Source: an uncultured Oscillospiraceae bacterium (GTDB lineage Bacteria > Bacillota > Clostridia > Oscillospirales > Acutalibacteraceae). From it: a stretch of 64,000 nucleotides of DNA. Shown here piece by piece: positions 18,101 to 26,526 of the stretch. The translations under genes were made by a program, and so were the position numbers. The notes beneath the pieces are model-generated. The model was not told where the DNA came from. It did not search any database and saw nothing but the letters and a program-made list of their open reading frames with translations. Location: positions 14,852-78,851 of the forward strand of contig URNB01000001.1 of assembly GCA_900549055.1 (NCBI GenBank). Reading direction: 5' to 3'. Position 1 is the first letter of the stretch, and each line of letters begins with the position of its first letter.

Positions 18101-20062
18101 CTGCATTGCGCTCTCGCCGCTGACTGCGGTGAGGTTAACGCCCTGCGAAATCCACCAGCTGTATGCCGAATACAGAGTTCCGTCCGAAATGGCGGAAGCG
18201 TCTTTAAGATAGGGTGCCAAATTACCGGTTATAAATGCAACCACGGAATATGAATTGACAATTCTGAGATAGGATGTTGCCAAAACATTCGAGGCTACTA
18301 TTCCGCCGCCCCAGCCGCTGCCTGCGGGATTTCCGTAATCATTGAATTTGGCAGCCGAGCCGCAGTATTCAACGGTTATCTTGGCATAGTGTCCGCAGCC
18401 GATAATTCCGCCGACATGGCAGTTTGCAAGATCACTGAAGTTAACGGTGTTATCCACCACGCATTTTGAAACCGTGATTACCGATGCCTTGTTTCCGGGT
18501 GCTAAATCTACGCAGCCCAAAATTCCGCCCATGTATACATCGACATTGTTATTGGGCGCGGCATATGCATACCGCACATTAACATTTGATATTACGGCAT
18601 TGCCGTTAGCTCTCGGAATAAGTCCGTATGCGTATTTTTCCTTGTAGGTTCTGTAGTACATACCGTAAACGGTGTGTCCCTGACCGTCAAAATGCCCCGC
18701 AAAGCCCTGATACATCCAGGTGGTGTCTCCGTGCGATGCCCATTCCTTAGGATTATTGTTAAGCCAGTTTTTATCCTTGATATTATTTAAGAATATATCC
18801 TTTGTTAAAACAAAGTATAAGTTTTCGGAATTTTCCTTTGTAAACGAGGTGTTTGAGGAAAAGCCGTAAAGCTGCTCCGCGCTGCTTATCTTATAAGGAT
18901 TTTCCTTTGTGCCGTCGCCCTCGAATTTTGTATCGGACGAGCCGTCCCATACCTCAAGGTCGCTGCCGCTGCCGCTCTCATAAGCGGTGCTTCCCTTAAT
19001 TGTGGGATAAGCGCCTTCATTTGCCTGCCAAACATCCCAGCCGAGCTTCGGCATATTGTTCTCTGCGCCCTTGCCCTGCATCGAAGCCTCGCTTGCAACC
19101 GGAGTAAGATTAACTCCGCCGTCGGTCGCCCACCAGCTTTGGGTGGAATACAGTGTGCCGTCGGAAATGTCCGCCGGCTTTATGCCGCCCATCCAGCCCG
19201 ATACAAAGGCAACAATCGAGTAGGAGTTGATTATTCTGACATATTCCGCTCCCCAGTGCCCCGGCGCACAGATTATACCGCCGCCCTTTCCGGCTGACGG
19301 ATTGCCGTAATCGCTGAATTTAGCTGCCGAGCCGCAGTAGCTTACAGTCACCTTTGATTCGCGAACAGGCCCTATTATGCCGCCCAAAAGGCTGCCCGAA
19401 ATCCTGCTGAAATCCACCGTGTTATCAACAACGCATTTGCTTATTTTAACATTTGCCTGATATCCCGGGGAATAATCTCCGTTGTTCTTCTGAACAAAAC
19501 CGACTATACCTCCCATATGAAACTCAACCGAATTGTTAGCCGCGGCAAACGAATGCCTAAGGTTAACATTAGTAATTTCGGCATTCCCCGTTACCATGGG
19601 TATAAGGCCGTATGTTCCGCCTGCGGTGTAGTTATCGTAATACATACCGTAAACGGTGTGTCCATGACCGTCGAAAAAACCGGAGAAGCCGAGTGAAGCG
19701 TCGTTTGCCGCGTCTGCTCCCATTTTCGCCCATTCTCTCGGCGAATTGTTCATCCAATCGGAGCTTGAAACATCGTTCAGATAAATATCGTTCGTAAGAA
19801 CATAGTATTTTTGCTCGGAATCCTTAACATTTACCCTTGCGGTAGCAAAGCCGTAAAGCTCCGCCGCGCTTGTTATTTTGTAAGGATTGTCTTTTGTGCC
19901 GGCGCCCTCAAATTCGGTATCGGACGAGCCGTCCCATACCTTTGTTTTTCCTGCGCCCGAAACCGCAATGCTTTCAATAAACAGGGACGAACAAAGCACG
20001 GCAATTACCGAAACTACCGCCGCAATTCTTGACAGCGTATCGGTTTTGAATTTAAACCTCAT
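15104..20062 (-). CDS. Giant (1652-aa) cell-surface protein with a signal peptide, four ~310-aa modules, a Listeria-Bacteroides (Flg_new) repeat, a CBM-like domain, a low-complexity stalk and a C-terminal TM anchor
   Basis: GAGGTGG RBS; signal peptide; each module has a (V/I)W(D/S)G..DPY.I.(S/T)AE(E/Q)LY(G/K) head plus GLUG-like Gly-rich beta-strand repeats (GGIVGFV, GGIIGPV, GGGIICAP); C-terminal TM plus KKKSIKK. Confidence 0.8.
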   Translation of the reverse strand: MRFKFKTDTLSRIAAVVSVIAVLCSSLFIESIAVSGAGKTKVWDGSSDTEFEGAGTKDNPYKITSAAELYGFATARVNVKDSEQKYYVLTNDIYLNDVSSSDWMNNSPREWAKMGADAANDASLGFSGFFDGHGHTVYGMYYDNYTAGGTYGLIPMVTGNAEITNVNLRHSFAAANNSVEFHMGGIVGFVQKNNGDYSPGYQANVKISKCVVDNTVDFSRISGSLLGGIIGPVRESKVTVSYCGSAAKFSDYGNPSAGKGGGIICAPGHWGAEYVRIINSYSIVAFVSGWMGGIKPADISDGTLYSTQSWWATDGGVNLTPVASEASMQGKGAENNMPKLGWDVWQANEGAYPTIKGSTAYESGSGSDLEVWDGSSDTKFEGDGTKENPYKISSAEQLYGFSSNTSFTKENSENLYFVLTKDIFLNNIKDKNWLNNNPKEWASHGDTTWMYQGFAGHFDGQGHTVYGMYYRTYKEKYAYGLIPRANGNAVISNVNVRYAYAAPNNNVDVYMGGILGCVDLAPGNKASVITVSKCVVDNTVNFSDLANCHVGGIIGCGHYAKITVEYCGSAAKFNDYGNPAGSGWGGGIVASNVLATSYLRIVNSYSVVAFITGNLAPYLKDASAISDGTLYSAYSWWISQGVNLTAVSGESAMQSDAAKVNMPNLGWDVWEINKSGYPIIKGSTAGKNVSDAPVGDYYDGKKGEVWSGKTAAEYKSGSGEKGDPYIIETAEQLYKMVKEHCLSTDPEPGAYYELAADIYLNDVKAENWYTAAKLNSWYSINLTEPNTGFKGRLNGKGYTVYGLYCNNISEKCGLIPVLAGRGNVVGVNIRKAYLSGRREGNCYLGGIAGYIQTGSNVRISKCSVRDSIFGAAAAVGGLIGGVSAGSVDVTSCYFVGSFENKSNYAGGFYGDSWGTANVTDSYTVGCVAIDKSFGMPSGIRYSTVSQSQARHGDAQNIAVNVVKEEQIIGESARNAMPELKWDTIWNTVENDYPHMDQKSSDSSTDGVPGQIWSGLKAEDYAGGTGTEEDPYQIATGEQLYKMVSEHTVYNDTPAYYVLTEDIKLNDTSSENWYDGKKLNHWYVTFGISNAFAGHLDGQGHIVSGIYIRTEADNVRGALIPGIDTKASIKNVGILDSYIDVSTVKNEAYGAAFAAYVKNWREEYEVKEENYPVISGCFADTSVIVRGNFAGGMVSGTPSPIKIEDSYFVGKLIGGSRCGALLGNAFAPDSIIRNCYACTADFDQIVDGRGDLIAAGNTYENVYTFGVAVGLGVTFVNADNMCGVNAKSGMPGLDYDKVWMTVDDTMPILRIFYPRIKRSATATARKTRIDFVTNAEGVTVPPIEGLIGAKLVLPTPVREGYRFEGWYVYSELQCKFTETIFPAGKLTLYAKWELTSVVQDFENYPATEYDLGEDHEYYRPGVAGYVADKVHGGSKAIHRKGLASVSDEFLVNYDDELTVGAEYKLKFWIMTDTAGASGNISLAFKTWPDILEKNNGVEKMLSVSSLKQNEWTEVIYSFTARTPWLAFVSDGNTSIFFDDVMIVRTSDTIHSIKNLSDDKLPEKSNGNKNTNQIADTMNDSAGNEDNTSEEVKPTEENVKKPDGGKKTPAKSKNTQEDASNNYVWIIIGAVIAAGVLAAVIIIIAVRKKKSIKK

Positions 20063-20102
20063 TTGTTTACCACCTCTACCGTAGGTATTTAAAATCTAAA
20101 AG

Positions 20103-20951
20103 TTAATTTGCAAAGTATATTTTCGACCTGTCGTTTTTTTGGTACAGTCTTATGTAATCGATATCATAGTCAGCCTTTGTGAAATTACTGCCGACAGTAA
20201 CGTTCTTTGCCCACTCGCCGCCCGAGGTACTTGTATACCCGGGTGTAAAAATGTGATTGTTGAGTATCAGGCAATGCGGGTCGTGAAAGCCCTGCATACC
20301 GCCGCTGCCGCCTATATTTTCGGCAAGCTTATATGTACTGTAGCGCGTGCCGTCAACAAACATTGATATTTCATACGGCGTCCACAGCATACCGTAGATA
20401 TGCCAGCCGCCGTCGGATATATCGAATGTGCCGTTTTTTACGGACGAAGAACGGACGCCGTATTTCTTTATGTTCTCTTCCTCTTCCCACCATTTGTGAA
20501 GCTGCGAAGAGACCGAATTATTGCCGAATACCTCAAAAATATCTATTTCGGTAAAATAATCCGCCTCCGGCTTACAGCCGAGCTTTTCGGCAATTTCTGC
20601 GCCCTCGGGGTTTACATTGCTTTTCATCCAAAGCGACGGCCAAACCCCCTGTCCCACAGGCACCCGTGCCCTCATTTCAAGATAACCGTATTTGAAGGTC
20701 ATGCTTCTGCCGGTCGTAACCGATTTTGAGGTTTTATAGCCGCCGCCCGTTTTTGAGGAGCGCAGCCGCAGGCAGCCGCCGCCGTCTGCGCCCGAGTCCC
20801 GTATGACTGCCGCAACATCGGAGGTTGCGGCAGTCGTAAGATCCGAATAGCCGTACATATAGTCGGTAAACGCCCATTTGCTCCCGTCTATTTCGGTGCC
20901 GTTGAATTCATCCGAAAAAACGAGCTTATAGCCTTCGTCACGCGTTTTCAA
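20103..20951 (-). CDS. GH16 glycoside hydrolase domain protein with no signal peptide; TTG start overlaps the upstream stop
   Basis: GH16 catalytic motif EIDIFE and KYGYLEMRARVP; paralogous to 35547-37055; starts at a TTG embedded in a T8 tract (TTTTTTTTGA). Confidence 0.75.
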   Translation of the reverse strand: MKTRDEGYKLVFSDEFNGTEIDGSKWAFTDYMYGYSDLTTAATSDVAAVIRDSGADGGGCLRLRSSKTGGGYKTSKSVTTGRSMTFKYGYLEMRARVPVGQGVWPSLWMKSNVNPEGAEIAEKLGCKPEADYFTEIDIFEVFGNNSVSSQLHKWWEEEENIKKYGVRSSSVKNGTFDISDGGWHIYGMLWTPYEISMFVDGTRYSTYKLAENIGGSGGMQGFHDPHCLILNNHIFTPGYTSTSGGEWAKNVTVGSNFTKADYDIDYIRLYQKNDRSKIYFAN

Positions 20952-23077
20952 AAAAAAGCAACAGCCTTTTTTACTCTTATAAGGTCAAGAACATTGACCG
21001 CATTATCATTATTGACATCGGCAATCCTGTTCTCTGCCGATTCAGCGCCCAAAATAATCTTTTTGAGCATCGTCACATCGCCCGCGTCGGGTGCGTCGCT
21101 GTCCTCGGCGTTCACATCGTAATTGCGAAGACCTCTGTTCTTTAAGAGCTTTTCACCCGTGCCGTACCATGCGTCACTGTCAAATTTCAAATCGGAATAG
21201 CCCGACGCCTTTACCAAACCTTCCCATGAGTCGCGGTCGAATCCGATATAATATGCGTTCGAGAAGCTGTATGCTCCGGGAATTTTGCACTCCCAATTTG
21301 ACGACTGAAGATTGACTGCCGCCGTATGCCAGCCGTATGTATAGAAATCCTTAATGGTTATATTCGCGTATCCGCCCCATACATCCGCATATGCGCCGCC
21401 CTTGGTTGCGGTCCCGCCGAGCACGGCAGAGGAATACGAATCGCCGATAGTTATCTTTGCAAGCGCACACCCTATAATTCCCGCAGTGCGTGTTCCGGTA
21501 ACCTGAACGGTATCATCCGCAGAACACCCGGAAATCACAACCTCACCCGAGGAGATTCCCGCAGTGCCGTTTGTAGCTCCTACAAACGCGGCAGCCCAAA
21601 CACCGTTTATATACGATTTTCTGATATGCAGATCGGTTATCGAGGAATCGGCGCCGATATTTGCTATAAGACCGGCATATTTATTACCGCTCAAATTATC
21701 GTTTGCCGAATAAAGACCGTAAATTGTGTGACCGTTTCCGTCAATGTGTCCCTTGAAGGTAGCCTCGTTGCGCTCCCACGACCACCAGTTGTGTGCCGGG
21801 GCGGACATTCCCCAGCTCTTGTAAAGTGTGATATCGTTCAGATAAAGATCGGAAGTTAAAAGGTAATATTTACCTGTTTCACTTGTCTCAGCCATTTTTC
21901 TCAACTGCTCCGGAGTAGCTATGAGATACGGGTCGCCCGCTTCGCCTGTTCCGCCGTCATACGCTGCGGCGGCGGTTCCGTCCCATACCTCATACTCGGG
22001 CTTAATGAACGCAGTGCTGCCCTGTATAGTCGGGTAAGCGCCCTTATTTGCCTGCCATACATCCCAGCCGAGATTCGGCATGTTAACCTTTGCGGCATCG
22101 CCGAACATCGCGGCGGAGCCGTCCACCGGAGTCAGGTTAACGCCGCCCGAGGTTGCCCACCAGCTCTGTGTGGAATACAACGTGCCGTCGGAAATATCAG
22201 CGGGTTTTATGGCGTTAAGCCAACCGCAGGTGAAAGCAACAACAGAATAAGAATTTAATATCTTCACAGACTCCGCTGCCCAGTTTCCGGGCGCGCAGAT
22301 AATTCCGCCGCCGTTGCCCGCGGGATTGCCGTAGCTGTTGAATTTTGCTGCCGAACCGCAATACTGAACAGTAACCTTTGATTCACGCACGGGGCCTACT
22401 ATACCGCCTATAAGTCCGGTAAGATTACTTAAATCCACGGTTTCATCCACAACACATTTGGTGATTTTAACGTTCGCCTGATAACCGCTTGCGTAATTGT
22501 CATTGTTTCTATCGATAAACCCGACTATGCCGCCGAAATGAATATTTGTGCTGCCGTTTGACTCCGCATAGGCATAACGCAGATTGACATTGGTTATTTC
22601 GGCGTTACCAACCGCTTTCGGAATAAGTCCGTAAGAATAGTTGACAGTATAATTCTTATAGTACATACCGTAAACTGTATGACCCTGACCGTCAAAATGC
22701 CCGGCAAAGCCATGCGCCGCCCACTGATATTTATAGTTACTCGCCCATTCTCTTGGGTTGTTGCTCAACCAGTTGCCGGCAGTAACATCGTTAAGATATA
22801 TGTCTTTGGTTAAAACATAGTATTTATCCTTTGAATTTTCCAAAGTAAAATCAGTATTGGATGAAAAGCCGTAAAGCTCCTCTGCGGTTGTTATTCTGTA
22901 AGGATCCGCCTTTGTGCCCGAGCCCTCGTATTCGGTATCGGCAGATCCGTCCCATATTGCCGCTGCCGTGTTCGCCGCGGATACGGGATAAATAACAAAC
23001 ATTGAAATTAAAAGCGCCATAGAAAGGAAAATAGAAAATACTCGCCTGCCAGTAAATTTGCCGAAGTCAGATTTCAT
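20948..23077 (-). CDS. Secreted 709-aa paralogue of the giant surface protein (two WDG..DPY/GLUG modules) with a C-terminal degenerate dockerin-like repeat
   Basis: GGAAAGGTGA RBS; signal peptide; module 1 is ~75% identical to module 1 of 15104-20062; C-terminus ADVNNDNAVNVLDLIRVKKAVAFF is a single dockerin-like repeat. Confidence 0.75.
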   Translation of the reverse strand: MKSDFGKFTGRRVFSIFLSMALLISMFVIYPVSAANTAAAIWDGSADTEYEGSGTKADPYRITTAEELYGFSSNTDFTLENSKDKYYVLTKDIYLNDVTAGNWLSNNPREWASNYKYQWAAHGFAGHFDGQGHTVYGMYYKNYTVNYSYGLIPKAVGNAEITNVNLRYAYAESNGSTNIHFGGIVGFIDRNNDNYASGYQANVKITKCVVDETVDLSNLTGLIGGIVGPVRESKVTVQYCGSAAKFNSYGNPAGNGGGIICAPGNWAAESVKILNSYSVVAFTCGWLNAIKPADISDGTLYSTQSWWATSGGVNLTPVDGSAAMFGDAAKVNMPNLGWDVWQANKGAYPTIQGSTAFIKPEYEVWDGTAAAAYDGGTGEAGDPYLIATPEQLRKMAETSETGKYYLLTSDLYLNDITLYKSWGMSAPAHNWWSWERNEATFKGHIDGNGHTIYGLYSANDNLSGNKYAGLIANIGADSSITDLHIRKSYINGVWAAAFVGATNGTAGISSGEVVISGCSADDTVQVTGTRTAGIIGCALAKITIGDSYSSAVLGGTATKGGAYADVWGGYANITIKDFYTYGWHTAAVNLQSSNWECKIPGAYSFSNAYYIGFDRDSWEGLVKASGYSDLKFDSDAWYGTGEKLLKNRGLRNYDVNAEDSDAPDAGDVTMLKKIILGAESAENRIADVNNDNAVNVLDLIRVKKAVAFF

Positions 23078-23106
23078 TTTTGATCACCTTTCCGTAAATT
23101 ATTTTT

Positions 23107-24537
23107 TTATTTTGTTTGCTTGGCAACAAAATCGTTCAGGGTTTTAACATCATTGTTAACCGTGTTATTGACCGCAGAAATAGCGGTTTCAATTTGCGAC
23201 GGGTCGTTCTTCGCAATATCGCCCAAAACCTCGGTAGCGTTACCCGTAACGCCGCGCGTACCGTTTATAAGCGAAAGATTTTTCTTTTCGGTGGTAACGC
23301 CGCTTGTAATCTTGAAGAAGAAGGACTCGGCAGCGGAATTTATAAACGCCGATGAGGTATTGTAGTTATTGACATCGAGATAATACCTTAAGAACAGACC
23401 TGCGGCAACCGGGTTTTTAGAGCCCTTTACAATGCCCCAGCCGCGGAAGAGTCCGGTGGTTACCGACTTTTGGCTCTTGCTCCAATCCGGGAGATAGGTG
23501 AAGCCTATGTTATCGGCATTCATCTTTGACCAGTAGCCTGTCTTTTTAAGACCGTAAGCGTTTGTAAGCGCTATTCCCACCTTGCCGTTTATGAAATCGT
23601 CGCGCAGATTGTAATCGTTAAGTCCCTTTATAAGACCATCTTTAAGGCAGGTTGCAAGATAGCGCGAAACATCCTTTAATTTTGAGTCGATGCCGTTGGA
23701 GAATTTGCCGTTTTCCCATTTATAATAGGAAACGCCCGTGCAGCCGAGAACGGTCTCCCAATCAAGGTAGCCGCCGATGTAATCGGAGCCCAACGCCTTA
23801 ACATCCTGCATTGCCTTCTTCATGGTATCGAATGTCCAGTTGCCCGCCTTGTAATATTCCTCGGGAGTGGTTATGTTGTTTTCATTAAACAGCTTTTTGT
23901 TATAGAAAACGCAGTCAACCTCGTTCCAGATATTTCCTACCGTATTTACAAGATAGGTCTTTCCGTTTATAGTGGAAAGATTGAACATACCCTGATCCCA
24001 TATCGGATCGGTTTTATCTATCTGCGCGGTATCGATAGGCTGCAGGCAGCTGAGAGCCGCCGGGAAATCGTTATTGCAGAAATAAATATCGGGAGGATTG
24101 CCCGCGGCAATACGGCTTGCTATGCTCATTGAATAATTAAGCTGACCTACAAGATCAAGCTGAAATTTTATGCCGTATTTCTTTGTAAAATCCTCTACGA
24201 CCTTGGCGTCCTCATTCTTTTTCGGGTCTGCCCAGGTGGCGTACCTTACCGTAGTGCCCTTATACTTCTTTGCAAGCTCCGCAAAGTTATCGGGCATTTT
24301 TGTGTTGTTCTTTTTGCCGCCCGAGGTTGTTTGGGAGGATGAGGTTTTGCCGCTCTTGCTGTCGGTTTTTCCAGAGGAATCCCCCGAGGTCTGCCCACTT
24401 GTGCCCGACTGATATTCATACACGATTTCAACATCGTCGGACAAGGAGCCGTCGTCACTGCTGCTCTTTTTGCAGGCGGTAAACGATGCCGTCATTGCCA
24501 ATGCCAAAAGAAGACAGAAAATTCTTTGCTTTTTCAT
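23107..24537 (-). CDS. CUT1 ABC transporter substrate-binding lipoprotein (SBP family 1)
   Basis: Lipobox LALAMTASFTAC; Ser/Thr/Gly-rich linker; SBP_bac_1-like body. Confidence 0.8.
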   Translation of the reverse strand: MKKQRIFCLLLALAMTASFTACKKSSSDDGSLSDDVEIVYEYQSGTSGQTSGDSSGKTDSKSGKTSSSQTTSGGKKNNTKMPDNFAELAKKYKGTTVRYATWADPKKNEDAKVVEDFTKKYGIKFQLDLVGQLNYSMSIASRIAAGNPPDIYFCNNDFPAALSCLQPIDTAQIDKTDPIWDQGMFNLSTINGKTYLVNTVGNIWNEVDCVFYNKKLFNENNITTPEEYYKAGNWTFDTMKKAMQDVKALGSDYIGGYLDWETVLGCTGVSYYKWENGKFSNGIDSKLKDVSRYLATCLKDGLIKGLNDYNLRDDFINGKVGIALTNAYGLKKTGYWSKMNADNIGFTYLPDWSKSQKSVTTGLFRGWGIVKGSKNPVAAGLFLRYYLDVNNYNTSSAFINSAAESFFFKITSGVTTEKKNLSLINGTRGVTGNATEVLGDIAKNDPSQIETAISAVNNTVNNDVKTLNDFVAKQTK

Positions 24538-24606
24538 TTTTTTTAAATCCTTTCAGAAAAAATTTTTATAATTAAAATTTTCAGTGTCGCCTTCACCTCC
24601 GTATAA

Positions 24607-25599
24607 TTATCCGGTAATGCCGACTCTGTCGATACTTTCAATAAACCACTTCTGCAGAATCATGTACATGATAAGCATAGGCGCTATGAAAAGTATGCAC
24701 GCCGCCATAACAATAGCCATAGACTGCGGATCGCGCGGCTGAAACAGCAGCCCCGCCTTATCGCTGAGCGCCGCCTCCAAACGCGTTACCTGCAGCGCAA
24801 GAGGATAGTCTCCCAAAAGGTACATTCCGCTTAAGGTCGAATCGTTCCAGTGCCAAATTACCGAGAAAATAAATACGGTGATTATAACGACCGAGGATGA
24901 CGGCACGGCGATATTGCAGAAGGTGCGGATAGGCCCTGCGCCGTCAACCCACGCGGCTTCCTCAAGCTCGCGCGGCAGACCCTTGAAAAACTGTATGTAG
25001 ATATAAATGAGGATTCCCGATTTAAGCCCCACCCCGAAAAGCGCGGGCAGCCAAAAGGTTACCGCCGAGCCTAATATATTGGGTCTTAAGTCCACCCCGG
25101 TAATTTTATTTACCAAAGCCAATATACCCAAGAAATCAAGATGCGAATAATTTATCATTCTCGGAATCAAAAGCATCATATCGGGCACGATTATCGTTAA
25201 AAACAGCAACGCCAGCTTTATCCTTTTGCCCCTGAATTCAAATCTTGCAAAGCCGTATGCCGCGACCGCGCAGGAAACCACCTGTATAAGCCCTGCGGCA
25301 ATTTCGTTTTTTAAGGTAGACAGCAGCGAGGTTGTGTAATCAAGACACAGCACGGCTGTTTTGTAGTTTTCCTTAATGCTCAAATCGCTCGGAATCCAAA
25401 TACGCGACGAATTTAAAAAGGCGTATTTGCTTTGCAGTGACGAAACTATCATATAAAGCATAGGGTATATCACTATATAACCGACAGCTATTAAAAACGC
25501 CATTCTGAAAATTGAGTATAATACCCTACTTGTGCGTTTTCCGACTGCTTTGAGCCGCACGGCGTCCCCGTCTGAAATTCGGCAGAAGCCATTATTCAT
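24607..25599 (-). CDS. Carbohydrate ABC transporter permease (MalG-like)
   Basis: AAAGGAGG RBS; six TM segments; EAA loop EAAWVDGAGPIRTF. Confidence 0.85.
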   Translation of the reverse strand: MNNGFCRISDGDAVRLKAVGKRTSRVLYSIFRMAFLIAVGYIVIYPMLYMIVSSLQSKYAFLNSSRIWIPSDLSIKENYKTAVLCLDYTTSLLSTLKNEIAAGLIQVVSCAVAAYGFARFEFRGKRIKLALLFLTIIVPDMMLLIPRMINYSHLDFLGILALVNKITGVDLRPNILGSAVTFWLPALFGVGLKSGILIYIYIQFFKGLPRELEEAAWVDGAGPIRTFCNIAVPSSSVVIITVFIFSVIWHWNDSTLSGMYLLGDYPLALQVTRLEAALSDKAGLLFQPRDPQSMAIVMAACILFIAPMLIMYMILQKWFIESIDRVGITG

Positions 25600-25623
25600 T
25601 TTAAAGCCTCCTTTAAAAGAACC

Positions 25624-26526
25624 TTATTCACCCCAGCGGCGCATAAGCGTATTCTTATACAGCAATATTATGATTGCCATCATTCCGCCGAAAATTAAGA
25701 AGTAAAACCACAGCATTGCCGAGGAGCGGTCGTATATACCGCCGCACATCATATTGTAGGTCTGCTGTATTATAATTCCCCTCGTGCTTATTATCAGCTC
25801 AACCATTGTGAAAATCGATACCAAAAGCGTCACCCTTGAAAGCATGGGGAAGGTTATAAACCAAAATTCCTCCCACTTTGTCGCGCCCTCAACGCGCGAA
25901 GCCTCGTAAAGACTGCCGGGAATCGACTGCAGCCCCGCCAAAAACAATACCGTTTGTATGCCGCAGCTCCATATAAGATCGAATATTTTGCTTATTGTCG
26001 AGGTCATATATTCCGCCGCCTTACCGTCTATCTGCAGCTTGGTTACTATATCGTCAACCGAAAGCATTCCCGCAGTGTAGGACTTTGAAACACCCATATT
26101 GGTAAGGTCGCTGCCGGTCGTTCTGAAAAGCCACGATATTACAGGCCCCGTCGCAATTATTACCGGAAGGAAATAAAGCGCCCTAAAAAAGAGTCTTCCG
26201 CGGAAATTCTGATTGAGTATCAGCGCCAGCACCAGGCTTAAAAGCAGTATTATCGGCAGCGAATACAAAAAGGATGTAACCGTGCTCCTGAGCCACCCTG
26301 TGTAATTCGGGTTTACAAAAAGTATGTTTTTATAATTTTTAAGCCCCACAAGGGATATATCCATGCCGCCGAGCTTTATCTTAACATCGGCAAAGGAATA
26401 TACCACAGACTGAGCAAGCGGCAGCAGGTAAAAGAGAATTATGCCGATAAGCCACGGCGTTGTGAACATTCTGCCGTATTTATCCTTAAGCGTAGTTATG
26501 CCCCTGTTCTTTTTTACCTTTTTCAC
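25624..26526 (-). CDS. Carbohydrate ABC transporter permease (MalF-like)
   Basis: EAA loop EASRVEGATKWEEFWFITFP; multi-TM. Confidence 0.85.
   Translation of the reverse strand: MKKVKKNRGITTLKDKYGRMFTTPWLIGIILFYLLPLAQSVVYSFADVKIKLGGMDISLVGLKNYKNILFVNPNYTGWLRSTVTSFLYSLPIILLLSLVLALILNQNFRGRLFFRALYFLPVIIATGPVISWLFRTTGSDLTNMGVSKSYTAGMLSVDDIVTKLQIDGKAAEYMTSTISKIFDLIWSCGIQTVLFLAGLQSIPGSLYEASRVEGATKWEEFWFITFPMLSRVTLLVSIFTMVELIISTRGIIIQQTYNMMCGGIYDRSSAMLWFYFLIFGGMMAIIILLYKNTLMRRWGE

Noticed and set aside
15416-20084. Many 60-220-aa plus-strand ORFs overlapping the giant surface-protein gene and GH16 (e.g. 15752-16420, 17081-17500, 17843-18253, 20400-20729)
   Set aside because: They lie on the opposite strand of a continuous 1652-aa ORF with clear repeated protein modules. 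Their composition is low-complexity and Arg/Cys-rich, typical of antisense frames.
20950-20957. The T8/A8 tract treated as a definite programmed frameshift
   Set aside because: It cannot be distinguished from a homopolymer sequencing or assembly error, or from plain TTG/TGA translational coupling, using the sequence alone. It is reported as a finding to test, not as a fused CDS.
21326-21859. 177-aa plus-strand ORF inside the 709-aa gene
   Set aside because: It is antisense to a CDS that is homologous to its neighbour. It has no RBS and a biased Arg/Cys-rich composition.
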